A DNA stretch of 61,707 bases, filler included, from Stramenopiles sp. TOSAG23-3 (taxonomy: Eukaryota): NCBI GenBank assembly GCA_900128585.1. It is 41 parts of 41 records of this genome, joined end to end, with 100 filler letters (N's around TTAATTAATTAA, not from the genome) between each part and the next. Parts side by side here need not be neighbours in the genome. Positions count along the whole stretch, not along the records: positions 33,704 to 34,802 come from LT646497.1; positions 34,903 to 36,001 come from LT646498.1; positions 36,102 to 37,199 come from LT646499.1; positions 37,300 to 38,397 come from LT646500.1; positions 38,498 to 39,594 come from LT646501.1; positions 39,695 to 40,790 come from LT646502.1; positions 40,891 to 41,986 come from LT646503.1; positions 42,087 to 43,182 come from LT646504.1; 33 more parts are not named here. One strand, written 5' to 3'. The notes below the pieces were generated by a model, which was not told the origin of the DNA, did no database searches, and saw only the letters and a list, made by a program, of their open reading frames with translations. Shown piece by piece: positions 34,692 to 45,939 of this stretch. Each line of letters opens with the position of its first letter. Position 1 is the stretch's first letter. The translations under genes and the position numbers were made by a program.

Positions 34692-36101
34692 CATTATACT
34701 TACTCCTATTATCAAGGAAATTCGGAGGGGAAGGTGATCGATCCTCCAACAACAATTCTTCCTTTGCATTTTGTTTGTCTGTCTTTTTTTTTATAGCCCT
34801 AANNNNNNNNNNNNNNNNNNNNNNNNNNNNNNNNNNNNNNNNNNNNTTAATTAATTAANNNNNNNNNNNNNNNNNNNNNNNNNNNNNNNNNNNNNNNNNN
34901 NNTGTATTTTTTTTTAATTTTCTGTAGTTGTACAGTAGAACGCGTTGTACAGTATTAATTATTATTTTGTATTTTTTTTTTCCTTTTTTTTTTTTATTTT
35001 TTTTTCTTCTTCTTTTTTAACTACTGTACTGTGTATACACTCTCTCTATATTTATTAATTATTATTATTATTTTTTCTCTCTGTTCTCTGTCTTCTTTTC
35101 TTGATTGTGAGGAAGATATTAATAGGACTAGCATAGTATAAGTACATAAACAAATACAGAGAATACAATCAATCATATTAAAAACATTTATTTGTATACT
35201 ATTTATATATTATTATATTTTACACATTTACTTTCCCTATCTACTGTATCTATCTATCTATTTAATAGAACACATTTCTCGTCATTTTATTATTCACTTG
35301 CTTCTACAAACAAGCTTTTGGAACCAACCGGTCGATCGATCGAACCGTACTGTAGTTTATTTAAATTTTATTTATTTAATTTTAATAAATTAATTCACCA
35401 CTCTTTTATTAACAACTAACAAGGAAGGAGACGTGGACCAGACCAGACGACTAGACGTCAAGTCAATTAAAGCCATTCATATCATATCATCCATTTAAAA
35501 CTAAACGACTACTGTATAGAGTACTGTAGAGACTAGAGACTTAACTATATATAATGCTGAAACGGACGGATGGATGGATGGACTGGATACTCTACTACAA
35601 AGTATAGTATACAATACTGTGTCAATATAAATGATTAGAATCTCTACCGAGCGGCTCTAACGCTCTGCTCTTACGCTCTTACGACCGACCCCCCTCCCCT
35701 GCCTACCAAGGCATCCCGAAGGGTCATATTTTGATAGGATATTGTTGTACTTAATGTTAATTAAAAAGACAACTTCGATATATTTTAATTTAAGCCCTTC
35801 CTTCCCTCCATCCTCCTCCTCATTCTTTCTTCTTTCTCTCTTCTCGTCGTCTCATTTTATTATTTATTATTAAAAAATAATAATAATAATTCTAAAAAAA
35901 AAAAGGTTTGATGATGTATTATAAAAAAAAAATACAAAATAATAATTAATACTGTACAACGCGTTCTACTGTACAACTACAGAAAATTAAAAAAAAATAC
36001 ANNNNNNNNNNNNNNNNNNNNNNNNNNNNNNNNNNNNNNNNNNNNTTAATTAATTAANNNNNNNNNNNNNNNNNNNNNNNNNNNNNNNNNNNNNNNNNNN
36101 N

Positions 36102-37199
36102 TGGAGCGGACGGTCACTGCTGTTTGCCGCATGACGAGCTGGCCCAAAAATCGTTGGGAATTTTGGCCGTGGGGAACATGAAGAAAAAGGACAAGGAACT
36201 GCTAAAAATGGAAGAAGATGGCGTTGTGGACGTAACATTGGTGGGCGTTGAGAAGGCAATATCCGGCATGATTGCAAACGCCAAGCTATGTACAATTGAC
36301 ATCGGAGATTACCTTGGCGAGCCAGAAGCAGAGAAAGGCCCGCTTTCTAACAAGTTGGTGTACCACCCTAAAGTGTACGCAATAGAGAAAGATCTGGCAA
36401 CGAATGTGGTGTCTTCGGCAAAGGTGTTGGGCACGAATCCTCCGAAGGACGGGGTGCCAACAAGCACTCCGGTGGGTGACGAAACCGTCTTGTCAAACGA
36501 CCAGTTGAAAGCCGTGGCAATGGCCAGGGGGCGGCACAAATTGTCAGTGCTGACCGGTGGCCCGGGCACTGGAAAGACCTTCGTCATGAAAGAAATTGTA
36601 AAAACTTGGGAATCCATGGGGCTAAAAATTGTACTAGCAAGCCCCACTGCTCGCGCAGCGCAGCGGTTGGGGGCTGCTGCAGGTGGCGATTATTCTGACA
36701 AAGCCAAGACAGTCCATAGGCTTTTGGAGTACAATCCCAGGACAAACACATTTTCAAAGTCAAAACATAATTTGTTGGAAGTAGATGCTGTCGTAGTGGA
36801 TGAGGCGTCAATGCTGGACATTTACCTGGCGTCTTCGCTTCTGAACGCAATCCCTGCCCATGCACGGATTCTTCTGGTGGGGGATGCTAACCAACTTCCC
36901 AGTGTTGGGGCAGGAAACGTCCTTAGAGACATTATAAAGTCGTCCGTTGTCCCAGTCGTAGAGCTGAGAACAATATTTCGGCAAGATCAGGCCAGTGCTA
37001 TTGTCAAGGATGCCCACCTTATTAACGAAACGCAATACCCGCGCTCGATGAAACGCCTGCAGCTCAACGCTGCGTCAGGGAAGGTGTATGTTGAAGATGT
37101 AGAAGTGGAGGATATAAAATCCACCAAGGGTGGGGGCAATGTGCTGTTTTTTCAAACAGAAAACCCGGCCGACGCCATTGAAATCATCAGTGGCCCAAT
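36102..37199 (+). CDS. recD2: RecD2-like SF1B DNA helicase, internal fragment
   Basis: Motifs I LTGGPGTGKT, Ia LASPTARAA, TVHRLLEY, II VVDEASML, III LVGDANQLPSVGAG, IV LRTIFRQ. Confidence 0.9.
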
Positions 37200-37301
37200 N
37201 NNNNNNNNNNNNNNNNNNNNNNNNNNNNNNNNNNNNNNNNNNNTTAATTAATTAANNNNNNNNNNNNNNNNNNNNNNNNNNNNNNNNNNNNNNNNNNNNC
37301 G

Positions 37302-37649
37302 GAAACTTTGGAAATGGGCGCTATTGTCCCTGTGAAGCCGTTGGGAATATTCAGCATGATCGACGATGGGGAGCTGGACTGGAAACTTATCGCGATCCGA
37401 GCGGACGATCCGGCCGCGAACATACTGAACGATATTGACGACGTTGAGACACATTTTCCAGGGACAGTTTCGGGAATTCGAGAGTGGTTTCGATGGTACA
37501 AAACACCCGATGGAAAACCGGTGAATGCGTTTGGCCACAACGAGGAAGCGCTGGGCAAAGAAACGGCCCTGGAAGTAATCCAGGAGACGCACGAGTACTG
37601 GAAGGATCTGGTAGAGGGCCGAACCAAAGTCGAGAAAATATGGACTTAA
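37302..37649 (+). CDS. Soluble inorganic pyrophosphatase (family I, eukaryotic type), C-terminus
   Basis: MIDDGELDWKLIAI..DDP, IREWFRWYKTPDGKP.N.F. Confidence 0.92.
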   Translation, partial: ETLEMGAIVPVKPLGIFSMIDDGELDWKLIAIRADDPAANILNDIDDVETHFPGTVSGIREWFRWYKTPDGKPVNAFGHNEEALGKETALEVIQETHEYWKDLVEGRTKVEKIWT

Positions 37650-37855
37650 TCTGCTCGAAAGAAACTTATTCTTACACATTTTTGTTTTTTTACAATCGTA
37701 CGAGTAACACACTGACTACAATTTAACTCTTAACACACACTCTTCGTCCGTCCGTCATGGTTTCTGTGCCTCTTTTGTTTTCAATGGCTTTGCCAAACTG
37801 ATCCAGCATGTTCCCAAATGCGAGAAGGCCTGGCTTTTCAGGCGTGTTTGTAAAT

Positions 37856-38397
37856 TTACGATCGGTTCATAAAAGTTGTAGACTCCCACTCCATACGGTA
37901 CGACCAGTTCCAGGGCGCAATCACCCGCGGTACAATGTGCTGCACAATTCTGCTCTGCTTTCCAGGCACGCTCAGAGTCTTTTCCAGCTTTCCGTTGTGA
38001 GTATCGACGTTCTGCGACCCATGACAGTCCATTTTAGCAACGTACGTACGATCGCTTGTGTTTTCTATCATGAACGACACCCCCCACCCTGTCGTCGCTT
38101 TCAATTGGTACAGGCGCAGGCCGCTGTCGTCGCCAAGTGCTTCGTAGTCGCCATAGCCAAGAATGGGCAATTGCAACGCAGCCGAGTAGGCCTCGGGGTC
38201 AAAGTCTTGTTTTGAAACAGCAATTTCAGTCTCAGACTCGTAATGCAGCGAGAGCGTGTATGTGCAGGCGTGCTCGAGCTCCAGGAAGTCATTGTACCCC
38301 ATAAACTGAAGGTCCTTCAGAATGACTTTCGTGTCTCCGTTGCAAGAGTCCAACAAGTAACTGTACAAGCTGAGAAACCCTTCGCGAGTCAGCCCAC
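37856..38397 (-). CDS. EFCAB7-like (or calpain-associated) protein C-terminus
   Basis: GLTREGFLSLY...LQFMGYND.LELEHAC, and a terminal beta domain SFMIEN...MDCHGSQNV. Confidence 0.6.
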
Positions 38398-38499
38398 NNN
38401 NNNNNNNNNNNNNNNNNNNNNNNNNNNNNNNNNNNNNNNNNTTAATTAATTAANNNNNNNNNNNNNNNNNNNNNNNNNNNNNNNNNNNNNNNNNNNNTC

Positions 38500-38712
38500 G
38501 ACTGGATTATCCTCAACAGTAGCCAAACCCCAGGACCAAACCAGTACTCTCCCGACAAAGACATTTCTTCTCGTCTTCGAGGAGGGCGGTTCTCGAATGC
38601 AAACCCCAAGTCCGACTTGGAATGGACGATCCACAATGCCTCGGAAACACCAGGGCCGAATGCCTATGACGTTTCCCTCTGTCCCCCACCTTTTATCCCT
38701 CCAATTAGATAA
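38500..38712 (+). CDS. STPG/ODF3-type PGPxxY repeat protein, C-terminus (not in ORF track)
   Basis: DWIILNSSQTPGPNQY...GGRFSNANPKSDLEWTIHNASETPGPNAY...-TAA. Confidence 0.8.
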   Translation, partial: DWIILNSSQTPGPNQYSPDKDISSRLRGGRFSNANPKSDLEWTIHNASETPGPNAYDVSLCPPPFIPPIR

Positions 38713-38820
38713 AGAAGGGGGGGGGGGCGAGGGAGAGAGGTCCAGGTAGGTTTTGGGTGTGGTGGCCTATTAATACATTTGTATACGAAGAGTAGTAATA
38801 CTATTACGTATTAAATATTA

Positions 38821-38880
38821 AGAACAAGAAAATTGGCTGTTATTTAAGTAATTTAAATTAATGTACTGCGAACTGAACTC
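38821..38880 (+). repeat. Dispersed 3'-intergenic element copy 3 (module A plus start of B)
   Basis: AGAACAAGAAAATTGGCTGTTATTTAAGTAATTTAAATTAATGTACTGCGAACTGAA between convergent genes. Confidence 0.85.
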
Positions 38881-38960
38881 TACTGGTGCGATTTTAGTAA
38901 TCAATATATCCTTTGTCAACTTAGAGTCTTGACTATCATTTTCAGAGATGTACTCCCCGA

Positions 38961-39527
38961 CTATTGGACTGTACAGAGCTGCCACCAGGGCACCTCTATC
39001 GGTCGTTCTTTCTTCGGCGGAGACTTGTGCCCTGGCTCTCGATTTGGGGGGGAATAGGTTCTCTTCCGATGATCCTCTTCTTCATTGGCCCGTCTCTCTT
39101 TCTCGTCACAATCCCGACATATCAAGACAAGGCACGCTGATTGCACGGTGCAGTCGACACAGCACGTTTTATAGCACACCTGGCACCCTGGTTTCCAGCG
39201 AGGGTCAGACGCACACCTACCACAGAGAGGAGTTTCTTCGCATTTTTCGCAGTAGATCTTTAGCTCGTCTTTGCAGAATGTATACCCGTCTCTACATCCG
39301 CCACCGCGGCACTCGGTATAATAAGTATGTATTTCCCCGCAGCCCAGGCCGCGATCCCCTCCCCTTCCCTCCCCATCGATGCTACCGCACAACGCGGGCT
39401 TTCGCTTCGTCACAAGTTCAACCCTCCATTCCGGAACAGCAGTGCCCGTACCCTGTGGAGTTTTCTGTTTGACGCTGGAACGTCCCTTCCGTGACTTTGT
39501 ACGCCCCATAAGAAAGACTATACCCAA
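38961..39527 (-). CDS. Cys-rich (multiple CxxC) hypothetical zinc-binding protein; start uncertain
   Basis: CEKC..CGRC..CQVC..CCVDC..CRDC series. Confidence 0.6.
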   Translation of the reverse strand: MGIVFLMGRTKSRKGRSSVKQKTPQGTGTAVPEWRVELVTKRKPALCGSIDGEGRGGDRGLGCGEIHTYYTECRGGGCRDGYTFCKDELKIYCEKCEETPLCGRCASDPRWKPGCQVCYKTCCVDCTVQSACLVLICRDCDEKERRANEEEDHRKRTYSPPNREPGHKSPPKKERPIEVPWWQLCTVQ

Positions 39528-39694
39528 TGCTGACTCTCGAAGTGGTAAAAAGTAAACGATCGGAAAGGTTGTTTCTTATGTACCCTTCTTCGTTNNNNNN
39601 NNNNNNNNNNNNNNNNNNNNNNNNNNNNNNNNNNNNNNTTAATTAATTAANNNNNNNNNNNNNNNNNNNNNNNNNNNNNNNNNNNNNNNNNNNN

Positions 39695-40711
39695 TTCGGA
39701 TCTGTCGGATCTAGGTCTTTCTCTCTCATGTAACATTTTACATAACCCAAATCCTTCATTTTTTTCCCGAATTGTTTTAATGTCATTGATGCAGGAAAAC
39801 GCACTTCTGTATCTGTAAATTCTGTTTCTTCCCACAGATGAAACGTCGTATCGTGGTCATCTTCCGATCTTGTTACCGGGATGCACGACCGCCAACCTTT
39901 CATTGATTGGCAGATGGCAACAAGAAGGTGTTGTACAAATTCAGTTACGCTGATGTTTAATCGAAGTGACACATCGTATATTTCCTCCATGTTTTCTGCA
40001 AGGGGATAAGACAAAAAAGAAAAGTTTTCCCTCTGGTGTCGCTCTTGCTCGCATAGCACTTCGTTTTCTGCAAGGGGGTAAGACAAAAAAGAAAAGTTTT
40101 CCCTCTGGTTTTCCCTCTGGTGTCGCTCTTGCTCGCATGGCACTTCTTTTTCTTCGCGTGGATCTTGCACTGTACTTGGGTCATCTTTTTTGCTGAACTT
40201 CCAGTTAAAGTCGTCCTCGAGTTTTTTTACAAAGCGACGAGCATCTTCTTTAAATAAGTCTTTAAAATGCTTAATTAATTCGTTTCTATCTTTGCCAAAA
40301 GAATTTAATTTGCCCTTAAATATAATTTCTTTCAACCAAGATTTTGCTTCCTCGATTGCGTCTTTAATCTGAATGTACTTAAACTTTTTGCCGTAAGGGC
40401 AATCGGTTTCATTGCCAGGCTGGTAAAAACTGAATGGGGCAAAGTCAGAAAACAGTTCCTTCATGGCTACCCTAACGTTTTCCACGGATGTTCCAAATTG
40501 TGCAGTAAGCAAGGTTTTCACAAAGCTTCCCCTACTCTTTAGCAAAACTTCGTGCGCGGGGTTGCTCAATTCTATATTGCATTCATACTCACCTTTTCCC
40601 TCTTGCGCGGCCACTATTTTTTCCAGAACTGCGCGGTTTCCAGACACGATCAAAAGCAACGATGACAAACAATTTCCTTTGTGTGCTACCATCGGGAAAT
40701 TGTTTTGCAAG
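39695..40711 (-). CDS. Hypothetical protein fragment with internal duplication
   Basis: Long AT-rich open frame; CEQERHQREN...FSFLSYPLAEN occurs twice; contig ends are 79-bp inverted copies. Confidence 0.55.
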
Positions 40712-40890
40712 AATTCGGGAAAAAAATGAAGGATTTGGGTTATGTAAAATGTTACATGAGAGAGAAAGACCTAGATCCGACAGATCCGAANNNNNNNNNN
40801 NNNNNNNNNNNNNNNNNNNNNNNNNNNNNNNNNNTTAATTAATTAANNNNNNNNNNNNNNNNNNNNNNNNNNNNNNNNNNNNNNNNNNNN

Positions 40891-41170
40891 AAGAAAGAAA
40901 ATGAAGAAGGGAGAAAGTTTTGGCGATGCAGCGTTAATGGGGCAAATCGCATACAGGTGTACGGTGAAAGCTTCCAAAAAAAGCCAAGTTATGTCGATAC
41001 ATAGAGAGCATTTTACGAGACTCGTCGGGCAATTAAAAATTCTTCTCACTCGCAACTCAAAGCTTTACGCAGAATATGACCGAAAGTACCAAAAGAGTCA
41101 GTATGCGGACAATGTTTCCCCCTTGAAAACTAAAAGCAGTGACGAGTCAAAAACGGAATCCAAGCGATGA
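40891..41170 (+). CDS. Cyclic-nucleotide-binding domain protein, C-terminus
   Basis: KGESFGDAALM....RCTVKA...VMSIHREHFTRLVG. Confidence 0.8.
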
Positions 41171-41651
41171 TAGATCTAAAAAGAAAACCAAAAAAAAAAA
41201 GAAATAAGATATATATAGATTTTACAATGTTATATATAGCATATCTATCGAATTACTACGATAATTCGTATTCTATTAGGAAAATTTCATGCTATTATAT
41301 ATATTTAGGTCTTTTGTACCGGCGGTATTTATATTGACAATACGCCCGCGGTAATACCAGGTACCTGGTACCTGTACCGGTACGGTAGTAGCCCATCATA
41401 ATATTAATATATAATAATTAACTCATTCATTCATCATCCGTTGTTTCTTTCATATTTTATTCATAACTCATAACGTACGAGACGCATTTGTTCTTTTTCT
41501 CTGCATGTCTTTGTCTGTTTCTGCTTCCTGTTCTGTTCTTTTTCCTTTCATACTTTAAGAAATACACTGAACGGATCTCAACAGAGGACTCAATTCCCTA
41601 TCCTCTTTTAAAGCCCCCCCTCACCAATTTGGCATTTTCACAGCATATTCA

Positions 41652-41986
41652 ATGAGCGTAAGTAACAATGTTTTCCAAATCAATGATAGAAGAAAAAGAA
41701 AAGCTCGCAGGCGTTCTATGTCACAACTGCAGATGGAAAAATCACTGGAGGAGCAACTTTTAGAATGCAGGTATTGGGTTTTTAGCGTGGCAAACATATC
41801 GGACCCTGGGCATGCAAAAGTAAACCTTCACCATTTGCTTCAAGATGGGATTTTGTTGTGCAATGTTTTTTCCATGTTGGCGCCATCGTTTCCAATTGGC
41901 AGCATACATAGATTAGAAAATTTAAAAGGTGCAAGCGCGCAATGGAAGAAAAGAGAGAACATTGACATGTTTCTCAAAGAAGCGAT
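41652..41986 (+). CDS. Calponin-homology domain protein, N-terminus
   Basis: LHHLLQDGILLCNVFSMLAP...KKRENIDMFL. Confidence 0.85.
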
Positions 41987-42391
41987 NNNNNNNNNNNNNN
42001 NNNNNNNNNNNNNNNNNNNNNNNNNNNNNNTTAATTAATTAANNNNNNNNNNNNNNNNNNNNNNNNNNNNNNNNNNNNNNNNNNNNAATTATAGTTCCAT
42101 TTAATTATAATAATAAATATCAATAAAGTGATGGATGATTTTATTATAGTTTTGCTATGATGAATATACAACACTATTTAAAGTATAACTTAGTAAATAG
42201 GCGTTCATTACTATATAAATACCAGCTAAGAAACAGACAACAAAAGAAAAGTCCGCTGTGCTTTGTGTTTCTTGTTTGTTTGTTGTATAATTTATTAACT
42301 TAATAATAATAAATAGTCGGTCTAATACTTCGTGTGGTGACGACGTATATGAGATTAGAAGAGATTTAATCTATTTTTTCTTCCAATTCAT

Positions 42392-43182
42392 TTAATCGTT
42401 TTTGTTCAATATCCACATGGGGACAAAATTGTCGTAAAGACTAGTGGTGGATTCCAACGGTCCAAGTCCGCAAACATTTCGGTAATCATCGTTCCAGTCG
42501 TAAGTCTTATGGTCGCGCTTCTTCTTCTTCTTCAGTCTCATTGAACTCGCAAGCTTGCTCTTCTTATTAAATACACCAGCCATTTCGGTCTTCTCTGCGC
42601 CAGCGCGTACTGCGCGCTGCTGGAGAGCATTCTTGGTCGATAACAAACGCCGTCGTCGGCGAAGATGGTGGGCGTGGTTCAGGAACAGTGGGCGTTTAGA
42701 TAAATTTATCTTTTTCTGAATCGCTTCGCGGAGTCCTTTGGCGACTTTGACTTGGAAATCAAAGCCGTCCTTGTGCAGCGTTGGTTCCAGTCCCAACCGT
42801 GCAATGTTAACAATGGCCAGCGTCTCGGACCCCATGGATGGAATATTGGCAAGCAGCTTTGGGTACATCATCATCTTGTTATAGTTCGACAGTTTTCTTC
42901 GCAAGCCAGCTTTATCGAGATCGTTTACTATGCCTTTCAAAATCAGTCGGATCAGTTGCGCAGCTTGCCGGTGCCAGTTCGAGTGAGGAACAAAAGGGCA
43001 AGTGTCGTAGCGGCCGAAGACTTGCACCAAACTGGGGCCAGCTTTTACTTCTTGAAAGTGCATTCCAGCCATGAACTTGGTGATCATCTTGGTAAATACC
43101 TTGTACGATTGCGGGACGTGGTAAACAACCTTCAAGTCCAACTTGGCTATTGCGTCGCGGATTGCAATCGCCCCTACTTTCA
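42392..43182 (-). CDS. Hypothetical protein, C-terminal part
   Basis: Open frame of more than 250 codons ending TAA; AT-rich DNA downstream. Confidence 0.6.
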
Positions 43183-43283
43183 NNNNNNNNNNNNNNNNNN
43201 NNNNNNNNNNNNNNNNNNNNNNNNNNTTAATTAATTAANNNNNNNNNNNNNNNNNNNNNNNNNNNNNNNNNNNNNNNNNNNNA

Positions 43284-43631
43284 GAACAGGAATCGACGCG
43301 GAGGATCTCCGAGGGCCAGGCACAGGCGAAGGTACTCATCGCCCAGGCAGAGAGCAAATCATTGAACATGGTCCAGGAAGCCATCAAGGCCGACGGCGCC
43401 TCCCAGTCCGAGTACCTGATCACGGAAAAGTACTTGAACCTCTACGACAAGGTCCTGTGCAGTTCGAAGTCCACAGGCCAGAAGCACATTTACTTGCCGT
43501 ACGCGGCGGAGCAGATCATGGGGCTTGTCTCGACGCTGCCAAAGACGTATGGGAGTGCCAACGCGTTGAAGAAAGTGCAGCAGAACAGGGCAGGAGCCAG
43601 GGGCGGTGATGATTTCGACGAGCTGAACTGA
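43284..43631 (+). CDS. Stomatin/SPFH-family protein, C-terminus
   Basis: SEGQAQAKVLIAQAES...EYLITEKYL...IYLPY. Confidence 0.7.
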   Translation, partial: EQESTRRISEGQAQAKVLIAQAESKSLNMVQEAIKADGASQSEYLITEKYLNLYDKVLCSSKSTGQKHIYLPYAAEQIMGLVSTLPKTYGSANALKKVQQNRAGARGGDDFDELN

Positions 43632-44190
43632 GTGGAGAGAGAGATATCCACTAATTTATCTATGATAAAATAACGGAGCACGATTTCGGAGTGTGACCCC
43701 CCCAGTGCAAATTTAAAAAATTTAAACGACAAAATATTTAAATATTGTATTCCTGGAATTTATAAACCTGAATTCTCGATTAATTCTGTGTGCACTCTCA
43801 AGGTATTTAAAAACTACGCATGAAGGAAGAAGTTCAGCGCGCCCTTTGAAAATAAGCGCTTGATTACTATCTCATCATCCTCTGATTCACTCCATGTGAT
43901 GTGGAATACAGTGCGATTGCATTTATTTTGTTTCGTATGCCTTACATGTGATAATCAAAAAAAAAACAAAATATATAGTAATCAATACTGTACGAATTAC
44001 AAAGAGAGTTTATTCCCTCTGTTATAAGAATTTCAGGTGTGCGCGCGATAATAAGGTGATAAACAAACTGTCTCAAATATGCTATGAGAGTTTTAAAAAA
44101 AATAACTATCCAAAGCGAGGCGTTGCGTACTGCGCAAAAACCTGCATCACACACGACGACACTCTCCCACCCCCTACCCCGCCAAGACAT

Positions 44191-44376
44191 TTACCTTGAA
44201 CCACTGCCACTCGCGTCCGAGGCGGAGCCTGACCCATCGTCCTCTTTCTTGTCAAACGCTCCCGCCGCGGCCAAAATGATAAGGAGGCCGATCACGGCGA
44301 CCAGGAAGACTAATATCCTCAATTTCCAAAGTTGCCACAGTTGGTGGCAGCTAACAGCTTTCGCAGACTTGTGGAA
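44191..44376 (-). CDS. R-SNARE (synaptobrevin/VAMP7-like) C-terminus (not in ORF track)
   Basis: FHKSAKAVSCHQLWQLWKLRILVFLVAVIGLLIILAAAGAF...-TAA. Confidence 0.75.
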   Translation of the reverse strand, partial: FHKSAKAVSCHQLWQLWKLRILVFLVAVIGLLIILAAAGAFDKKEDDGSGSASDASGSGSR

Positions 44377-44477
44377 CNNNNNNNNNNNNNNNNNNNNNNN
44401 NNNNNNNNNNNNNNNNNNNNNTTAATTAATTAANNNNNNNNNNNNNNNNNNNNNNNNNNNNNNNNNNNNNNNNNNNN

Positions 44478-44798
44478 TTGAATAGCAATACAAGTGCGAA
44501 CAATAAACGATAGTGCGAGCAAGCAGGAAAGAATTCCTAGTGCGAAAAATACCCACGCTCCTTCACGGGTGAAACGAACTTGAAAACTGGTGTATGCCAA
44601 AAAAATAAAAATGTTGCCCCCACCTAAAGCAAGCACCAACACGGTCACCACTATGCTTTCACCATCGCACAGTATACGGCATTTACGACACCGTGTAAGT
44701 TCTTTCGCTTCGTCGTGTCTACTCACGATTTCCAAGTTGCCGATGGCATTGGGTTGGAGAGGGTTTTCATGTATTTCCACTTTTCTCACGTCTTGCAT
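44478..44798 (-). CDS. Membrane protein N-terminus, truncated
   Basis: ATG start and two hydrophobic helices. Confidence 0.6.
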
Positions 44799-45049
44799 TA
44801 TTCAATTTTACGAAAGAGACAATTTCACTAGACGGTGCGGCGATCTACTTGAAACCTCCCGTGAGCCACAGGAAGGATCATTTGGGTGTCTTCAAAACCC
44901 AGAGTAAATCTATAAACTGTCTTATTCAAATATAACTTTTATATTAGTTTTTTTTTTTGACACTATTTTTTTTTAGCAGTAGCCGTGAATTTTTTGAAGA
45001 GGCAACGAGGCAACAAGGTGATTAACAACAACTGTGAGCTGTGAGCTGT

Positions 45050-45350
45050 GATGAGCTATTGACATATTATTCTCCACTTTTCTGTCAACACTGTCAACCA
45101 TTTAGTGTTTAGTGTTACCTTATATTATAATTATGCTTATAATACAATTACATATCCCCTATCAAAATAATGAAATGACCATTCGGAGTGTCATATTGTG
45201 ATAGACATCATATTGTTGTACTTATTGAAGAATAATGTTAGTCTATTATAAGGAATACTACAAAATATTGCAATTTTATTTAAAAGAAAAAATGGTTGAC
45301 AGAAAAGTGGAGCATATGAGCATATGTCAAATGTCAAATGTCAATTGCTC
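45050..45350. repeat. Inverted-repeat-bounded AT-rich element (MITE-like)
   Basis: Perfect 18-bp arms CTCCACTTTTCTGTCAAC (45072-45089) and GTTGACAGAAAAGTGGAG (45295-45312), with further imperfect pairing on both sides. Confidence 0.55.
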
Positions 45351-45377
45351 GTTAACTGTTGTAGTTGATCGGATCCA

Positions 45378-45509
45378 AGCATTTTTATCCAATAATATAT
45401 AGAAACAGCATTTTTATCCAATAATATATAGAAACAGCATTGTTGCAATAATATATAGAAACAGCATTGTTGCAATTGAAATAATATGGAAACAGCATTG
45501 TTGCAATTG
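45378..45509. repeat. Degenerate ~27-31 bp minisatellite (AGCATT...AATAATATATAGAAAC), about 4.5 units
   Basis: Read directly from sequence. Confidence 0.85.
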
Positions 45510-45670
45510 TATTTTATTATTAATATAATACCAGTAGTGTGTCTATATTATATATTCTATATATGTTATCNNNNNNNNNNNNNNNNNNNNNNNNNNNNNN
45601 NNNNNNNNNNNNNNTTAATTAATTAANNNNNNNNNNNNNNNNNNNNNNNNNNNNNNNNNNNNNNNNNNNN

Positions 45671-45939
45671 GGGGAAGGCGTAGAAGATATAGACGACAGC
45701 GATGTAAGGGAGTGACTTCTTGCCATCGAAGGCTTTTGAAAGCCACTGCTCTGGTCACTCGAAATAGTCGCACGATTAATATCTCGTTGTTGTAACCCCT
45801 TCGTGCAAATCCTCAGCGTGGTTTTTCTCTTCAAACTATTGGGGTTTTCTACGGCCTGGACACCGGTGCCACGGTTGAAGGCGGAGGCACCACCCTCGTT
45901 CGAAGCAGCGGTCTTCAGGGGAGGAGCGACGTACTGCAT
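45671..45939 (-). CDS. Hypothetical protein N-terminus
   Basis: MQYVAPPLKTAAS...; GC rise at the ATG. Confidence 0.6.

Noticed and set aside
34903-36001. 1.1-kb non-coding segment with 79-bp TIRs as a non-autonomous transposon
   Set aside because: It has the same exact 79-bp length as three unrelated coding contigs and the repeats end at contig termini; this fits a k-mer artefact.
45378-45509. Spaced AGCATT...GAAAC repeats as a CRISPR array
   Set aside because: The units are contiguous tandem copies without unique spacers; eukaryotic context and no cas genes.
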